A stretch of 64,000 nucleotides of DNA from positions 75,082,001 to 75,146,000 of the forward strand of contig OX597828.1 of assembly GCA_951406725.2 (NCBI GenBank). Reading direction: 5' to 3'. Under the pieces are notes generated by a model. It had not been told where the DNA came from and made no database searches. It saw only the letters and a list, made by a program, of their open reading frames with translations. Of the stretch, positions 52,066 to 64,000 are shown piece by piece. Source of the stretch: Octopus vulgaris (Eukaryota). The translations under genes and the position numbers were made by a program. How positions within the stretch are numbered: the stretch's first letter is position 1; each line of letters begins with the position of its first letter.

Positions 52066-52899
52066 GTATATATATATGTATGTATCTATGGTTGCATTTT
52101 GGATAGGTCATACTAAGTAAAAAACAACAACAACAAAACTAAAGCGAAATCCAAAAGCCCACAGTTCATTTCTTTGCTGATTGATTCTGCAACTATATCT
52201 CTGTAAAGTTTTCTTCAATGAAGTCTAGCGGAAGAACTTTCATGAAAAAGGCGATAAGAATGAAGCAGGAGACTTTGTCACATGTATTTCCATTGACAAA
52301 ATGACTCTGAACTACCATAACCTCCATTCTTGGACTTTCTGTATATTATACTCTGTGAGTAATAAATTATTCCTGGAATTTCAATTTCTATGGAATGGTT
52401 TCCTTTAAGGGAAACTGTCCACTTCCCTTCTGTGTCCTAACTGGTATTTGCAGGAGAGCTAATAAAGGAGAGAGAACTCAGACTTCTAAATCCTCTTTTA
52501 TCTACATATACACTCACATATATATATAAATATTTATACATACATATACATATATCATCATCATCATCTTTTAACATCCGCTTTCCATACCGACATGGGT
52601 TGTATAGTTTGACCAGAGCTGGTAAGGCCAAGGGCTGTGCTAGGCTCCATTGTCTGTTTTGGTGTCTATGACTGGATACTCTTCCTAATGCATAAGGGTA
52701 TGAGGAGTACTCAGCCACTTGCATGTTAACTTCATGAGCAGGCTGATCCATTGATCGGATCGACTGGAATCCTGGTCATTAAAATCGACAGTGTTAGTTC
52801 TTTGGTAACTTGTTGTTTTCAAGTTTACTTTTGTTTCAGTTCTCTGTCTGTCTGTCTGTCTCTCTGCATGCATTTCTATGTATGTATGTATGTATGCAT

Positions 52900-53077
52900 T
52901 ACTCTTTTACTTGTTTCAGTCATTTGACTGGAGCGCCGCCTTTAGTCAAGCAAATTGACCCCAGGACTTATTCTTTGTAAGCCTAGTATTTATTCTATCA
53001 GTCTCTTTTGCTGACCTGCTAAGTTATGGGGACATAAACACACCCGCATCGGCTGTCAAGCGATGTTGAGGGGACAA

Positions 53078-53116
<39 letters not shown>

Positions 53117-53285
53117 CATATATACGAAGGGCTTCTTTCAGTTTCCGTCTACCAAATCCACTCACAAGGCTTTGGTTGGCCTGAGGCTATAGTAAAAGAC
53201 ACTTGCCCAAGGTGCCTCGCAGTGGGACTGAACCTGGAACCATGTAGTTGGTAAGCAAGCTACTTACCACACAGCCGCTCCTGCA
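52900..53285 (-). mobile_element. SINE family A, near-intact
   Basis: Close reverse-complement match to 60642-61050. Confidence 0.9.
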
Positions 53286-54014
53286 TGTATATAATAATAT
53301 GGCAAAGCACATTTTGCATTGCACTTATCAAGCATAAAATCTTCTCCTTAGATGTGGGGTTTGTAATTTCTCATCGAATCTATTTGCAACTAGAAGCTCT
53401 TTCTAACAGTCTCCAGGTTAAAGATCTATATTCTTGGACTGAGAAAAAGTAGAAACAATTTCAATGTGGGTGGAGAAGTTTGGTAAAGGTGTACAGTATG
53501 ACAAGGGATGGGGCTTTTTACCCTGACTAAATTGTAACCTGATACACCCATCCCTCTTTGCATAGCCAGCATGTATTGTTGCTGGGGCATGTGTGCGTGT
53601 GTATGTGTGTCTGGGGGAGGAGAGCTACAAGGACAAACAGATTACATCATCCTCATCAGAACTCAAATCCGTATATATGCTGACAGATGTAAAAAAATGT
53701 ACACAATACATGTTTATACACACTGACATACATGCTCATATAGACACAGAGTTATGCATTCATATAAACAAACATACTAGAGTCATTGTGTATACACTCA
53801 CCAAAATACAAAATGCGACACTTTAAAATATGCAGACGAATGCATAGATACATGCATACACACACACGCATACTGATGTGCATCCAAACATACATACATA
53901 TATGTATACACATACTGACATATGAAAACATAGGCACATAGATAACATACATAGATATACACATATATACGAGACAACAAAGAACACCAATATGCATATA
54001 CATACATAGATACA

Positions 54015-54056
<42 letters not shown>

Positions 54057-54235
54057 CAGGGAGTATAACTCCAAACTTACAGGGAAAAATTCAATTTAGT
54101 ATTAAATCAAATTTCACAGTATAAATATAAAATATGAATTAGAGATAAAACCACTATTATGCAAATTATTTGTTATTTATGTATTGGTTTATGACTATCA
54201 CTGTTTGAGTTGCATAATAGTGGTTTTATCTCTAA

Positions 54236-54333
<98 letters not shown>

Positions 54334-54688
54334 AGCTACAGAAACCCAGGTCCATACTTCCAAGTTCTCGCACTGTAAAACTTCAAAGTCATTTTCCTGG
54401 CAAAACCATATTAAATGTTTTACTTAAATGTTTCGAGCAATCGCTCAGTTTTGATTTTGAACGTATTTATGTATAATCATCCATGAAAAACAACATTAAT
54501 GTGTGTGTGTGTATATGTGTGTTTGTCTGTCTATATGGCAAACGGTTTTAGGCATTGCATTTATAAAGCATAACAGTTTCTCTTTAGGTATAGGATTTAT
54601 AATTTAATTTGATAAGTGTTGTGCATGAAACTGTCACACCTTGACTAACTTATAGATTTACATCTAATAAATGTAGAAATATAATATA

Positions 54689-54720
<32 letters not shown>

Positions 54721-55099
54721 CATTCTCTACTTTTTGTATTGAGTACTATTTCTCCTGTTTGTACTACCAGACCTAGACACATACATACTTGTATACATAT
54801 GTGCATTGTTGTTGTATGTGTGTGCGTTTGAAGAATTTATCAGTTAAACTGCAGATCAAGTAACAATGTTATGAAGAAACCAGCCGAGAGACCATTATAT
54901 TGCAGTAATTAGTTTCGTGTATTTATTTTGTCCAAACTAAGCTTTATTACTGTTCCAGAAGCAGGTGGTTAACGTAAAATTGAGCTAATATTATGAATAA
55001 TTTACTGATACACCATTAAAACACAAACACACACACATAGAATCTATATACATGCACGCATACACAGTGATGTTTAGAGACACAGAGACTCTCTCATAC

Positions 55100-55223
55100 A
55101 TGCAAAAGCACCGATATGATTGCCATTGCATCGTGTGGTCTATGTCAGTCTCCTGCATTATCTGTAGTCTACAGTCTTTTAATGCCAAACCCAATCTGAG
55201 TTGACAAGTTCTGTCTCCTAAAT
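55100..55223 (-). CDS. Internal exon A of an uncharacterised Cys-rich, probably secreted/cell-surface protein (DLGDRTCQLRLGLALKDCRLQIMQETDIDHTMQWQSYRCFC)
   Basis: Minus strand tttttggtttcag|AT...TGC AT|gtatga; 124 nt, open frame, unique sequence; phase-2 end joins exon 38280 in frame (AT+T=Ile). Alternative upstream acceptors at 55272/55287 are possible. Confidence 0.75.
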
Positions 55224-55639
55224 CTGAAACCAAAAACATCAGTTTTATAGCTTCGATGCTGTTGAAAGATTTCTGCAAAAGTTTTATCTTAGGAGAAAGA
55301 AAAAAAAATAAATGTAATTGTATTTTTTATGTGGAAAAAAACTTCTGGACACACTACAAAAAGCAATGAGATGTGATCAGTGTGGTGAGGTTATTGTTGA
55401 GAAACCATGGCAGAGGTGGGAAATATAGGCCTGCCAGCGCCTTGCTGTCTTTGTGAACGATATGAAACATTACATTCTTTGTAGATAAGAAATGTTTTCT
55501 TTCATTGCCTAAATATCAACAACAGATTAGACTGTAATCTGAGTTTCTGAGAAAATTTAAAACTTGTCCTCATTTCCATAGTTGGATTCTCATAAACAAG
55601 AAAGTTGACTGGTGGTACATATACAGTGAGGTATATATG

Positions 55640-56052
55640 CAGTGCTGGATTAGCCATTATGCAGAATAAGTACGTGTTTAGGGCATCAAAGGAAGGAGGG
55701 GGCACCACAGAAATGGTAAATGATTGACAGCACAAAAGAAATCACTTTAAACTTGCTAAAATAATATTCAGGATGCCTTTATCTCTACTAAGTATAGATG
55801 CAGATGTTTTACCTAAGATTAATTTTGAGGATCTGATAAAAGACTTTGCAATTAAAAGAAGCAGGTGAAAACTTTTGAAATATAAATTAAGTGGAAATAT
55901 ACAAAAAATAAACATTATTTTTGATCTTACTGTTTTGAAAACTAAAAACTTATTTTATAGTTTATTACTGTTTATATTTTAAATTACTTATATATGGGGA
56001 TACCAAAATCTTTTCAGTGCTAAGGGCTTCTAAGGGTCTTAATTCGGCTCTG
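55640..56052 (+). mobile_element. Internally deleted hAT transposon
   Basis: Imperfect TIRs cagtgctggatta / taattcggctctg; encodes the hAT dimerisation-domain tail LSLLSIDADVLPKINFEDLIKDFAIKRSR. Confidence 0.75.
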
Positions 56053-56667
56053 GGCATGTGTAGATGAGGTAAGTTGGTTGTTATAGACGTTAACCCATAC
56101 CTAAATTGTTGAGGCAATATTTGCTGGTTAATATATATATAATGGTGAAAGAATGTTAAATTATTTCTCCGAAGACAGCAACCAAGAGCTTAGAATTGAT
56201 AAGTCTTTACATTTTGGTCTGAAGTGTGAGTCTGTGATTATCGATATTTTAATGTGCAACAGTGTGACAGAAATACTGGAATCACCATCATTCCGCAGGA
56301 AAATGAAACAGGTTCAGAGATTCATTTGGATGAATGGATGGTTTAATGGTATATAAACGTCATTGGTTACCAGCATTTTATAGGAAACATCAGGAAAATT
56401 ATGTGGATCAGGTGACAGCAGCCAACATGTAAGTGGCTGAAGGATCACAGTTTGGTGCCAAAAGGCATCAAAATAAATAGATAAAAATGAGAAACATTGG
56501 TGGTGAGATGTTGCAAGAATTGTATTGGCTGGAAAAGGACAGAGAAGAAATGAAGATATTTTATTTCTAAATGATAAGTGTTTATTGATAAAGGTCAATA
56601 ATCAATTTGAGGTGTGGGATCAGGAAGTTCAATAATTCTTCTTTTCATCATAATACAGGTGATCATT

Positions 56668-56860
56668 AATAAATTGTTTAGATAAGTAAATAACATTAAT
56701 AAATTAGTTATCAGTGTAAATATCGATACGTTATTTTACCAGTCGAATGTCTATAAATTAGTTAGCGGTGTCAATATCAAATAGATTATTTAGCTGTGCA
56801 AATAACTATAAATTATTTAGCAGTGTAAATAGCCATAAATTAGTTAGCAGAGTAAATATC
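56668..56860. repeat. Degenerate minisatellite (ataaattagttagcagtgtaaatatc-like units)
   Basis: About seven imperfect units. Confidence 0.65.
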
Positions 56861-56987
56861 CTGTTTGTTATTCAATGTATTTTTATTTGCTGTTCACAAG
56901 ATGATCATTAATGAAGTCTGGAACACAGTTTTGGTTTTTTGCCATTCCAGGTAGACTGGAAAATATTAGAACAAAAACGTCCCTATA

Positions 56988-57047
<60 letters not shown>

Positions 57048-57084
57048 CGTGAGAGTATATACTTCTTTGTGTGTGCATGTATGT

Positions 57085-57169
<85 letters not shown>

Positions 57170-57271
57170 AGAGAGAGAGAGAGAGAGATATGTATATGTA
57201 TGTGTGTATATATATATATGTATATGTGTGTGTGTATATATATATGTGTGTGTGTATATATATATATATAT

Positions 57272-57311
<40 letters not shown>

Positions 57312-57464
57312 TTAAATACATATTTATAAATATATGTTATATGCATACATAGACATACACACACACACATACATGACACCATGGTAGAGAAATGAAGGTA
57401 TACTTTAAAATGTTGACTATCTATCTATCTGTTTCTCTCCCTCTTTCTCCACACACACACACAT

Positions 57465-57506
<42 letters not shown>

Positions 57507-58129
57507 AAATAACATGAAGAAGAGCAAGAATCAAAAAATTGAGATTGTTTGAAAAAATAAAATAAATTGTAGGAAGAAAAACGACAAAAATAAGAAAATG
57601 ATGGAATGTATTTTAAGTTAACTCAATAGAAAAATAGGATAATTTCAAAAAGAATAAAACAATAAAAGATTCAACAGAAAAAAAATTACAGCAATAATAT
57701 ATACAATAGAAACAATGTAAAAAGCTCTTCCTCACCACTAGACTATATACACTCCAACCAGCCCCACCACTCCTGAACGGAAATCTTTGAACACAAACCA
57801 ACAAATGGTAAAATAGAACTGAAGCAATTCCTTATATTTGAAGCAAGACTAGAAAAGATAATAACATACATAAACGAAGCTACACTCGCTAATTCTATAT
57901 TATTATATTATTATATTATAGAAATTTGATTTAATTTAATTTTAGTTTATATTTTATTTTTTGACATTTTTGAAAATTCATTTTAATTTTCTGACTTTTT
58001 CTTCTATTTTGGTTGTTTTACCCCCACCTTTTTTCATTAAAAAAACCCCCAGTTAACTCAAGATATATATATATATATATATGCATGTATGTATGTACAT
58101 ATGTATGTGTGTATATATATTTTGATGTG

Positions 58130-58161
<32 letters not shown>

Positions 58162-58739
58162 TATATATGTTGGCACACACACAGACACATGTATACATAC
58201 ACACACAAGGTTATGTTTAAGTAGAGCTTATAGATTTGCCTCTTCGATTTGTTTCAGTGCTTTGGAAAATTGAAGGAGACTATACATAAACACATACATA
58301 CGAGCACACAGATACACAGATATGTATGTGTGCATATATAGTATATATATATACACACACACACGAACACACATGCATGTTATGTAGATATGTATATTAT
58401 ATACATATACTAGAGATATAATTTATATATAAATATATCTGTGTGTATATGTGGCAGAGTATATGTGTATATCTATCTATCTATATATATATATATATAT
58501 ATATACATACATAATACATACATATATATATTTGTTAACATAAATTCACACACATAAGCACACACACTTCAATTCACTCACATAAGCACACACACTTCAA
58601 TATATGCATATGTGTATGCGTATATATATATACATATATAATATATAAACATATATACATAAATATATATACACATGAATACACACACACACATATATAT
58701 AGACATATACACACATAAGCATATACAAACATATATATA

Positions 58740-58771
58740 TATTCACCTATACATATTTATACACATACATG

Positions 58772-58806
<35 letters not shown>

Positions 58807-58835
58807 CTATACATATTTATACATATACATGTATG

Positions 58836-58866
<31 letters not shown>

Positions 58867-59114
58867 CACCTATACATATTTATACATATACATGTATGTA
58901 TATATATATATATATATACACCTATACATATTTATACATATACATGTATGTATATATATATATATATATATATATACACCTATACATATTTATACATATA
59001 CATGTGTATATATATATATATACACATACAACACATATACATACACACCTATACATATTTATACATATACATGTATGTATATATATATATATACACTTAT
59101 ACATATTTATACAT

Positions 59115-59146
<32 letters not shown>

Positions 59147-59190
59147 ACACCTATACATATTTATACATATACATGTATATATATATATAT
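58740..59190. repeat. Minisatellite: cacctatacatatttatacatatacatgta + variable (TA)n, ~8 units
   Basis: Fixed ~30-bp core repeated with a variable-length TA spacer. Confidence 0.9.
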
Positions 59191-59789
59191 ATACTTACAC
59201 ACACATACACACACATATATATGCACAGACGTATTCTTTTGTTTTACTAGTTCTAGCTCAAGAGCTTTGATCATGCTGGATCACTATAGACATATATATA
59301 TATACACATATATACACACACAGTTCAGTATATGTATATCTTAACATCTATGAAGATTTATATACATAACACACCTGTGTGCATACATATATATATATAC
59401 AAATTCTCATACACGTGTGTGCACACATGCACAAAATAGTAAAATTTGTGAACACAAAAACAGAAGAAACAACCCTAGAACAAAATGGAAAAATGTATAT
59501 GTGTGTGTATATATATATTATTGTTGTTGATGTTGTTGTGTTTGTTATTCCTGTGTGTGCACCTTGTTGTTGTTGTTAATTCTACTGTTTCACCATTTTA
59601 TTGATTTTCTTTTTTAAAGCTGGGTTGGAAAAATTGTTTTTAAAAATGGCAATGTAGATTTTAGTGGAAAAGACTGTGTGTTAAAAGGAGTGTACTTTTA
59701 GTGTAGATAAAGTGTTGTTTTTTGTGTAGAATGGAATGTTGCCATTTTGCAGCTACAATGAATACCATAAGTTAATTTATGTCTGATAG

Positions 59790-60125
59790 TATCAGAGCTG
59801 TGATCTCTGAATGATTGCGGAGAAGCAGTGGCTCAACCTGAAGAGACTTCCTGATCTCCGTAACTTTATTCCAGAGATATTTTGGAAGAATCCTATTTTG
59901 GTTGCTTGTCATTAGAATGACACAAGAAAGAATCCCAAGATGTATTTTCCAAGCCAAACCAGATTGTTGGAGATCAAGAGCAAGAGATTCGGATAATATC
60001 CATAGATCTTAGTGGGTCCTGCTTGGAAACCCAGTTGAAAACAGTAACGATGTTGCTTCTGATAGGCAGAGGTACTTGAGTGTACCTCCCTAGGAATCAT
60101 GGGAAGAGAAGATGCAGGGATGGTT
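59790..60125. mobile_element. Degenerate RTE fragment with an inverted 5' segment
   Basis: Minus 59880-59790: NKVTEIRKSLQVEPLLLR..QRSQL; plus from ~59893: YFG..VIRMTQERIPRCIFQAKP. Confidence 0.65.
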
Positions 60126-60149
60126 AATAATATATTACAATTTCTGTTT

Positions 60150-60357
60150 AGGTGCTGGTGCCATGTATAAAACACCTGTGCTGGAACCATGTATAAGGCA
60201 CCCAGAACACTCTGTAAAGTGGTTGGCATTAGGAAGGGCATCCAGCCATAGAGACTGGTGCTGCTCCCTGGCTTGTCAGTTGCTGTCAAACCATCGAACC
60301 CATGCCAGCATGGAAAATGGACATTAAATGATGATGATGATGATGATGATGATGATG
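60150..60357 (+). mobile_element. RTE 3' end with (GAT)n tail
   Basis: ggttggcattaggaagggcatccagc...catggaaaatggacattaaat(gat)n. Confidence 0.8.
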
Positions 60358-60641
60358 TGTGTAGGAGACAAATATTATCCTGGATGCTGCAGCTGTTTAA
60401 TTTACAAAAGTGTTTCACCAATGATACTCTTCTGGATAAAACTCAACAACCAATGAAAACTTCCATCCATTACAGAGTACTCCCACTGCTTACATGGTGC
60501 CTCTTTTACAGCCACATGGTGCTGAATGGAATAATGGTGCCATTTCATTTATTGAAGCAATATCAAAGACAGGGTCAAAGGCAGGATATTTTAATGGGAG
60601 ACATATCCATTGATAGGTTTTATCAGTATTTATTTGCAAAT

Positions 60642-61050
60642 AGGTGTAGGAGTGGCTGTGTGGTAAGTAGCTTGCTTACGAACCGCATGGTTCCGGGTTC
60701 AGTCCCACTTCGTGGTACCTTGGGCAAGTGTCTTCTACTATAGCCTCAGGCCAACCAAAGCCTTGTGAGTGGATTTGGTAGATGGAAACTGACAGAAGCC
60801 CATCGTATATATGCATATATATATGTATGTATGTTTGTGTGTGTATGTGTTTGTGTGTCTGTTTGTCTCCTCAACATCGCTTGACAACCGATGCTGGTGT
60901 GTTTACATCCCCATAACTTAGCAGTTCGGCAAAAGAGACTGATAGAATAAGTATTAGGCTTACAAAGAATAAGTCTTGGGGTCGATTTGCTTGACTAAAG
61001 GCGGTGCTCCAGCGTGACCACAGTCAAATGACTGAAACAAGTAAAAGAGT
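60642..61050 (+). mobile_element. SINE family A, near-intact
   Basis: Complete head, core, microsatellite and tail. Confidence 0.9.
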
Positions 61051-61173
61051 AAACAACAGAGCAAGAAACCCTATATTCTGGGAGGTAATTCAATTGAGTC
61101 CTGCCAGCCATGGAATACTGGTCAGGTTTATCATGCTGCCCCTGCTGACAGTGGTGCAATATGTATGATAGAT

Positions 61174-61390
61174 AAGGTGGTGAGCTGGCAGAACTGTTAG
61201 CAGGCCAGGCAAAATGCTTAGCAGTATTTCGTCTGTCTTTATGTTCTGGGTTCAAATTCTGCTGAGGTCAACTTTGCCTTTCATCCTTTTGGGGTTGATA
61301 AATTAAGTACCAGTTGCGTAGTAGGGTCAATGTAATCAACTTGCTCCTTCCCCCAAAATTTCGGGCCTTGTGCCTAGAGGAGAAAAGAAT
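61174..61390 (+). mobile_element. SINE family B, full length
   Basis: ggtggtgagctggcagaa...aaatttcgggccttgtgcctagaggagaaaagaat. Confidence 0.9.
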
Positions 61391-61957
61391 ATGAATGACT
61401 GATGTAATATGTATGGTAGACATCTTGTAGTGACCTACTAGCAGCTATGTAGACTGAGCTTTTGCTAGTTAAAGGTCCTGGATAAGGGCACAACACAGTG
61501 TTGGACACAGCTACACATTTTTTTCCGGTACTTCAGTCGGAATTCTCCTCTTCTATTTAAAAAGTGAAACATAATGATGAAGGTAGTTTCTTCTGTTAGA
61601 AATAGCAGCCAAATCTTACTGTATAATTTATCCTTTTAAAATAGGAAGAACATTTTAGTTAATATAATCCTAGATACACCATTTCTGACCAGGAAAACAT
61701 TGTGGTAGTCACAGATGGAACATCATTGATCATCGGTGTAATTGATTGGAGTTTCCTTTGATCTTCGCAGCATAAGATATCAAGAAGATAAATATAAGAT
61801 AAATAGTGTAGTACCCATCAAAACTGATGGTGTTTAGAATAAATTATATAAACATTTGTGTGAAAGACTAAGATTAAACAGTGACATTGGCTGAGATAAA
61901 GAGATGTGGAGAGAGCTTATCCGATGGTAGAAGTAAGAATAATCAAATGAGAAAAAT

Positions 61958-61989
<32 letters not shown>

Positions 61990-61997
61990 CGAGGAGT

Positions 61998-62031
<34 letters not shown>

Positions 62032-62195
62032 CGAGGAGTAGAGAGAGTGAAGGAAAATGTAACTTAAAGTGTGAGAGTAGAGTCAATCAGGTAAACTTTG
62101 TTATGTAATTATTCTTTTTTACTCCCACCACCTCTGCTAATCTCACTCTCCATCTCTTTCTTACTCTTTCAAATACGAGTATGCTGATGCATAGA

Positions 62196-62227
<32 letters not shown>

Positions 62228-62434
62228 ACCTGGCTTTCTATTTAATTGCATTTTATTAATGGCAATGGTGAGCTGCCGCACAACCTTTGTTCCAGGATCA
62301 ACTTTGGAAATGAAGATTGTGGATTTCACCTTAGATGCATTTAGTTGTGTGCATGTATGTATGCATAAATGTAAGCATGCATATATGTATTTATGTGTGT
62401 TTATATATATGTACACACACACACACAAATATAT

Positions 62435-62498
<64 letters not shown>

Positions 62499-62762
62499 AA
62501 GCATAAATATATATACATACATATCATATATATATTTTTTATGTATTTAGGTATGCAAGCATGCATGTATATATATATGCATGTATGTATGCATGTATGT
62601 ATGTATCTATGCATATATATATGTATGTATGCATATATGTGTTTATATATATATGTGTGTGTGTGTGTATGTATATATATATGCATATATGTATGTAAGT
62701 GCAAAATATTCTTACAATATCAGAACCATCCAACAAAAAAAATGACATAAGCTCCCCCGTCA

Positions 62763-62815
<53 letters not shown>

Positions 62816-62996
62816 TACATATATACACATACATGAGTGTGTGTGTGTGTAAGTGCCTCACTGCATCCAGTGAGTTGGTGCTTCAGTGTGGCTTCTCAGT
62901 AACAAAATAAATTGGATATTGTGTGTAAGTCTGTCGGAAATATAAATTCTCCAAAAAAAAAAAAGATGAAAAAATAAACAACCAAGCACCACCCAC

Positions 62997-63130
62997 CTGG
63001 TACCAAGGTGAACTGTGGCAATGTAGAAGGAAGTCTTTTGCACAGAAACATAAAACAACTAATGAAAGAGAAAGTCTGTAAGATGATTGAACTAAAGACA
63101 CTCTCCAAGATGAAGTTAGTTTTAATACTG
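62997..63130 (-). CDS. Candidate upstream exon encoding a hydrophobic, signal-like segment
   Basis: Unique sequence ending CAG|gtgggt. Two open frames are hydrophobic (SLSLVVLCFCAKDFLLHCHSSPWYQ, phase 0; or ...FISCFMFLCKRLPSTLPQFTLVP, phase 1), each compatible with one of the exon-A acceptors. The 5' boundary is unknown. Confidence 0.3.
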
Positions 63131-63691
63131 TAGCCAATGGTCTCTCAGAACACTTCGCTCACCTCCCTCTTCACCTCACCCCAAACGTTCTTAACAAAGA
63201 GTGAAAATTAAATTCTTATTTCAGAGAGTAAAAAAAAAGGCAAAAAAAAAGAAAGATTAAAGTCAACTAAATATAAAGCAAATATGAAGAAAAGAAAATA
63301 TGACATCAACAACAACAGCAAAAATAAATTTTAAAAAAATGAAAATTAACAAAAATTGGATTTAAAGGAAACAAAAACAGAGTTACTTAATCATCATCAT
63401 CAACAACATCATCATCATTATCAACATCATCTATATCATCACCATCATCACCAGCATCATCATGAGTGACATCATAATCGTCATCGTCGCCATCATCTTC
63501 AACATCATCATCATCAAGTTGATGGTGATGATGATTAAAATGTAATGATGAAGATGACGATGATGATGATGATGACAGTAATAATAATATAATAATATTA
63601 ATAATGATATACAAGAATATAATTACTTTATTAAATTTGCAGAAATATTTTCATTAAAACAAACAAATCTGCATGCACACACACACACACA

Positions 63692-63724
<33 letters not shown>

Positions 63725-64000
63725 CATACATACATACATGCTCACAAACCAACTTACATATGCACACATACATATTGACAGAAAAAAGCAGCCAGACACA
63801 TGCAGATATGCAAGTGCACACTCTTTTACACTCACACACACATACAGAAAAAGTCAAACACACACATTCACACACGCAAGCACAACATGCAAAAACATCT
63901 TCACTCAAAAAAAACCACATCTCACACACACAGACACACACAGACACCCACAGGCAGACACTGATACACACACACACACACACACACATATATATGCACA

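Noticed and set aside
58740-59190. CRISPR-like repeat-spacer array
   Set aside because: Spacers are only (TA)n; eukaryotic context; no cas genes.
62255-62285. tggcaatggt similarity to the miR-182/96/183 family
   Set aside because: Match limited to ~10 nt and no supporting precursor hairpin.

Overview
AT-rich, microsatellite-dense eukaryotic DNA with the repeat landscape of a coleoid cephalopod (Octopus-like; inferred from the tRNA-derived SINE families, RTE LINE tails ending in (GAT)n and very long (TA/CA)n arrays). Almost all ORFs in the supplied track are simple-repeat or transposon artefacts. The one host gene I can support is on the minus strand: three phase-compatible GT-AG exons (55100-55223, 38159-38280, 10014-10161) that splice into about 131 aa of a Cys-rich, probably extracellular protein. 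Its introns are about 17 and 28 kb, and its start and end are not resolved in the window. The rest is decayed mobile DNA: two abundant SINE families, RTE, CR1/L2, R4/Dong and Penelope remnants, mariner/Tc1, hAT and piggyBac derivatives, non-autonomous Helitrons and fold-back MITEs. The most notable observations are: a tandem hairpin + H-type-pseudoknot module array in the RTE 3' UTR; a minimal hammerhead ribozyme in a Penelope-type LTR; a ~97% identical inverted duplication bracketing the middle exon; a mariner fold-back built from two 3' ends; and a 5'-inverted RTE insertion. Coordinates were counted by eye, so repeat boundaries are approximate.
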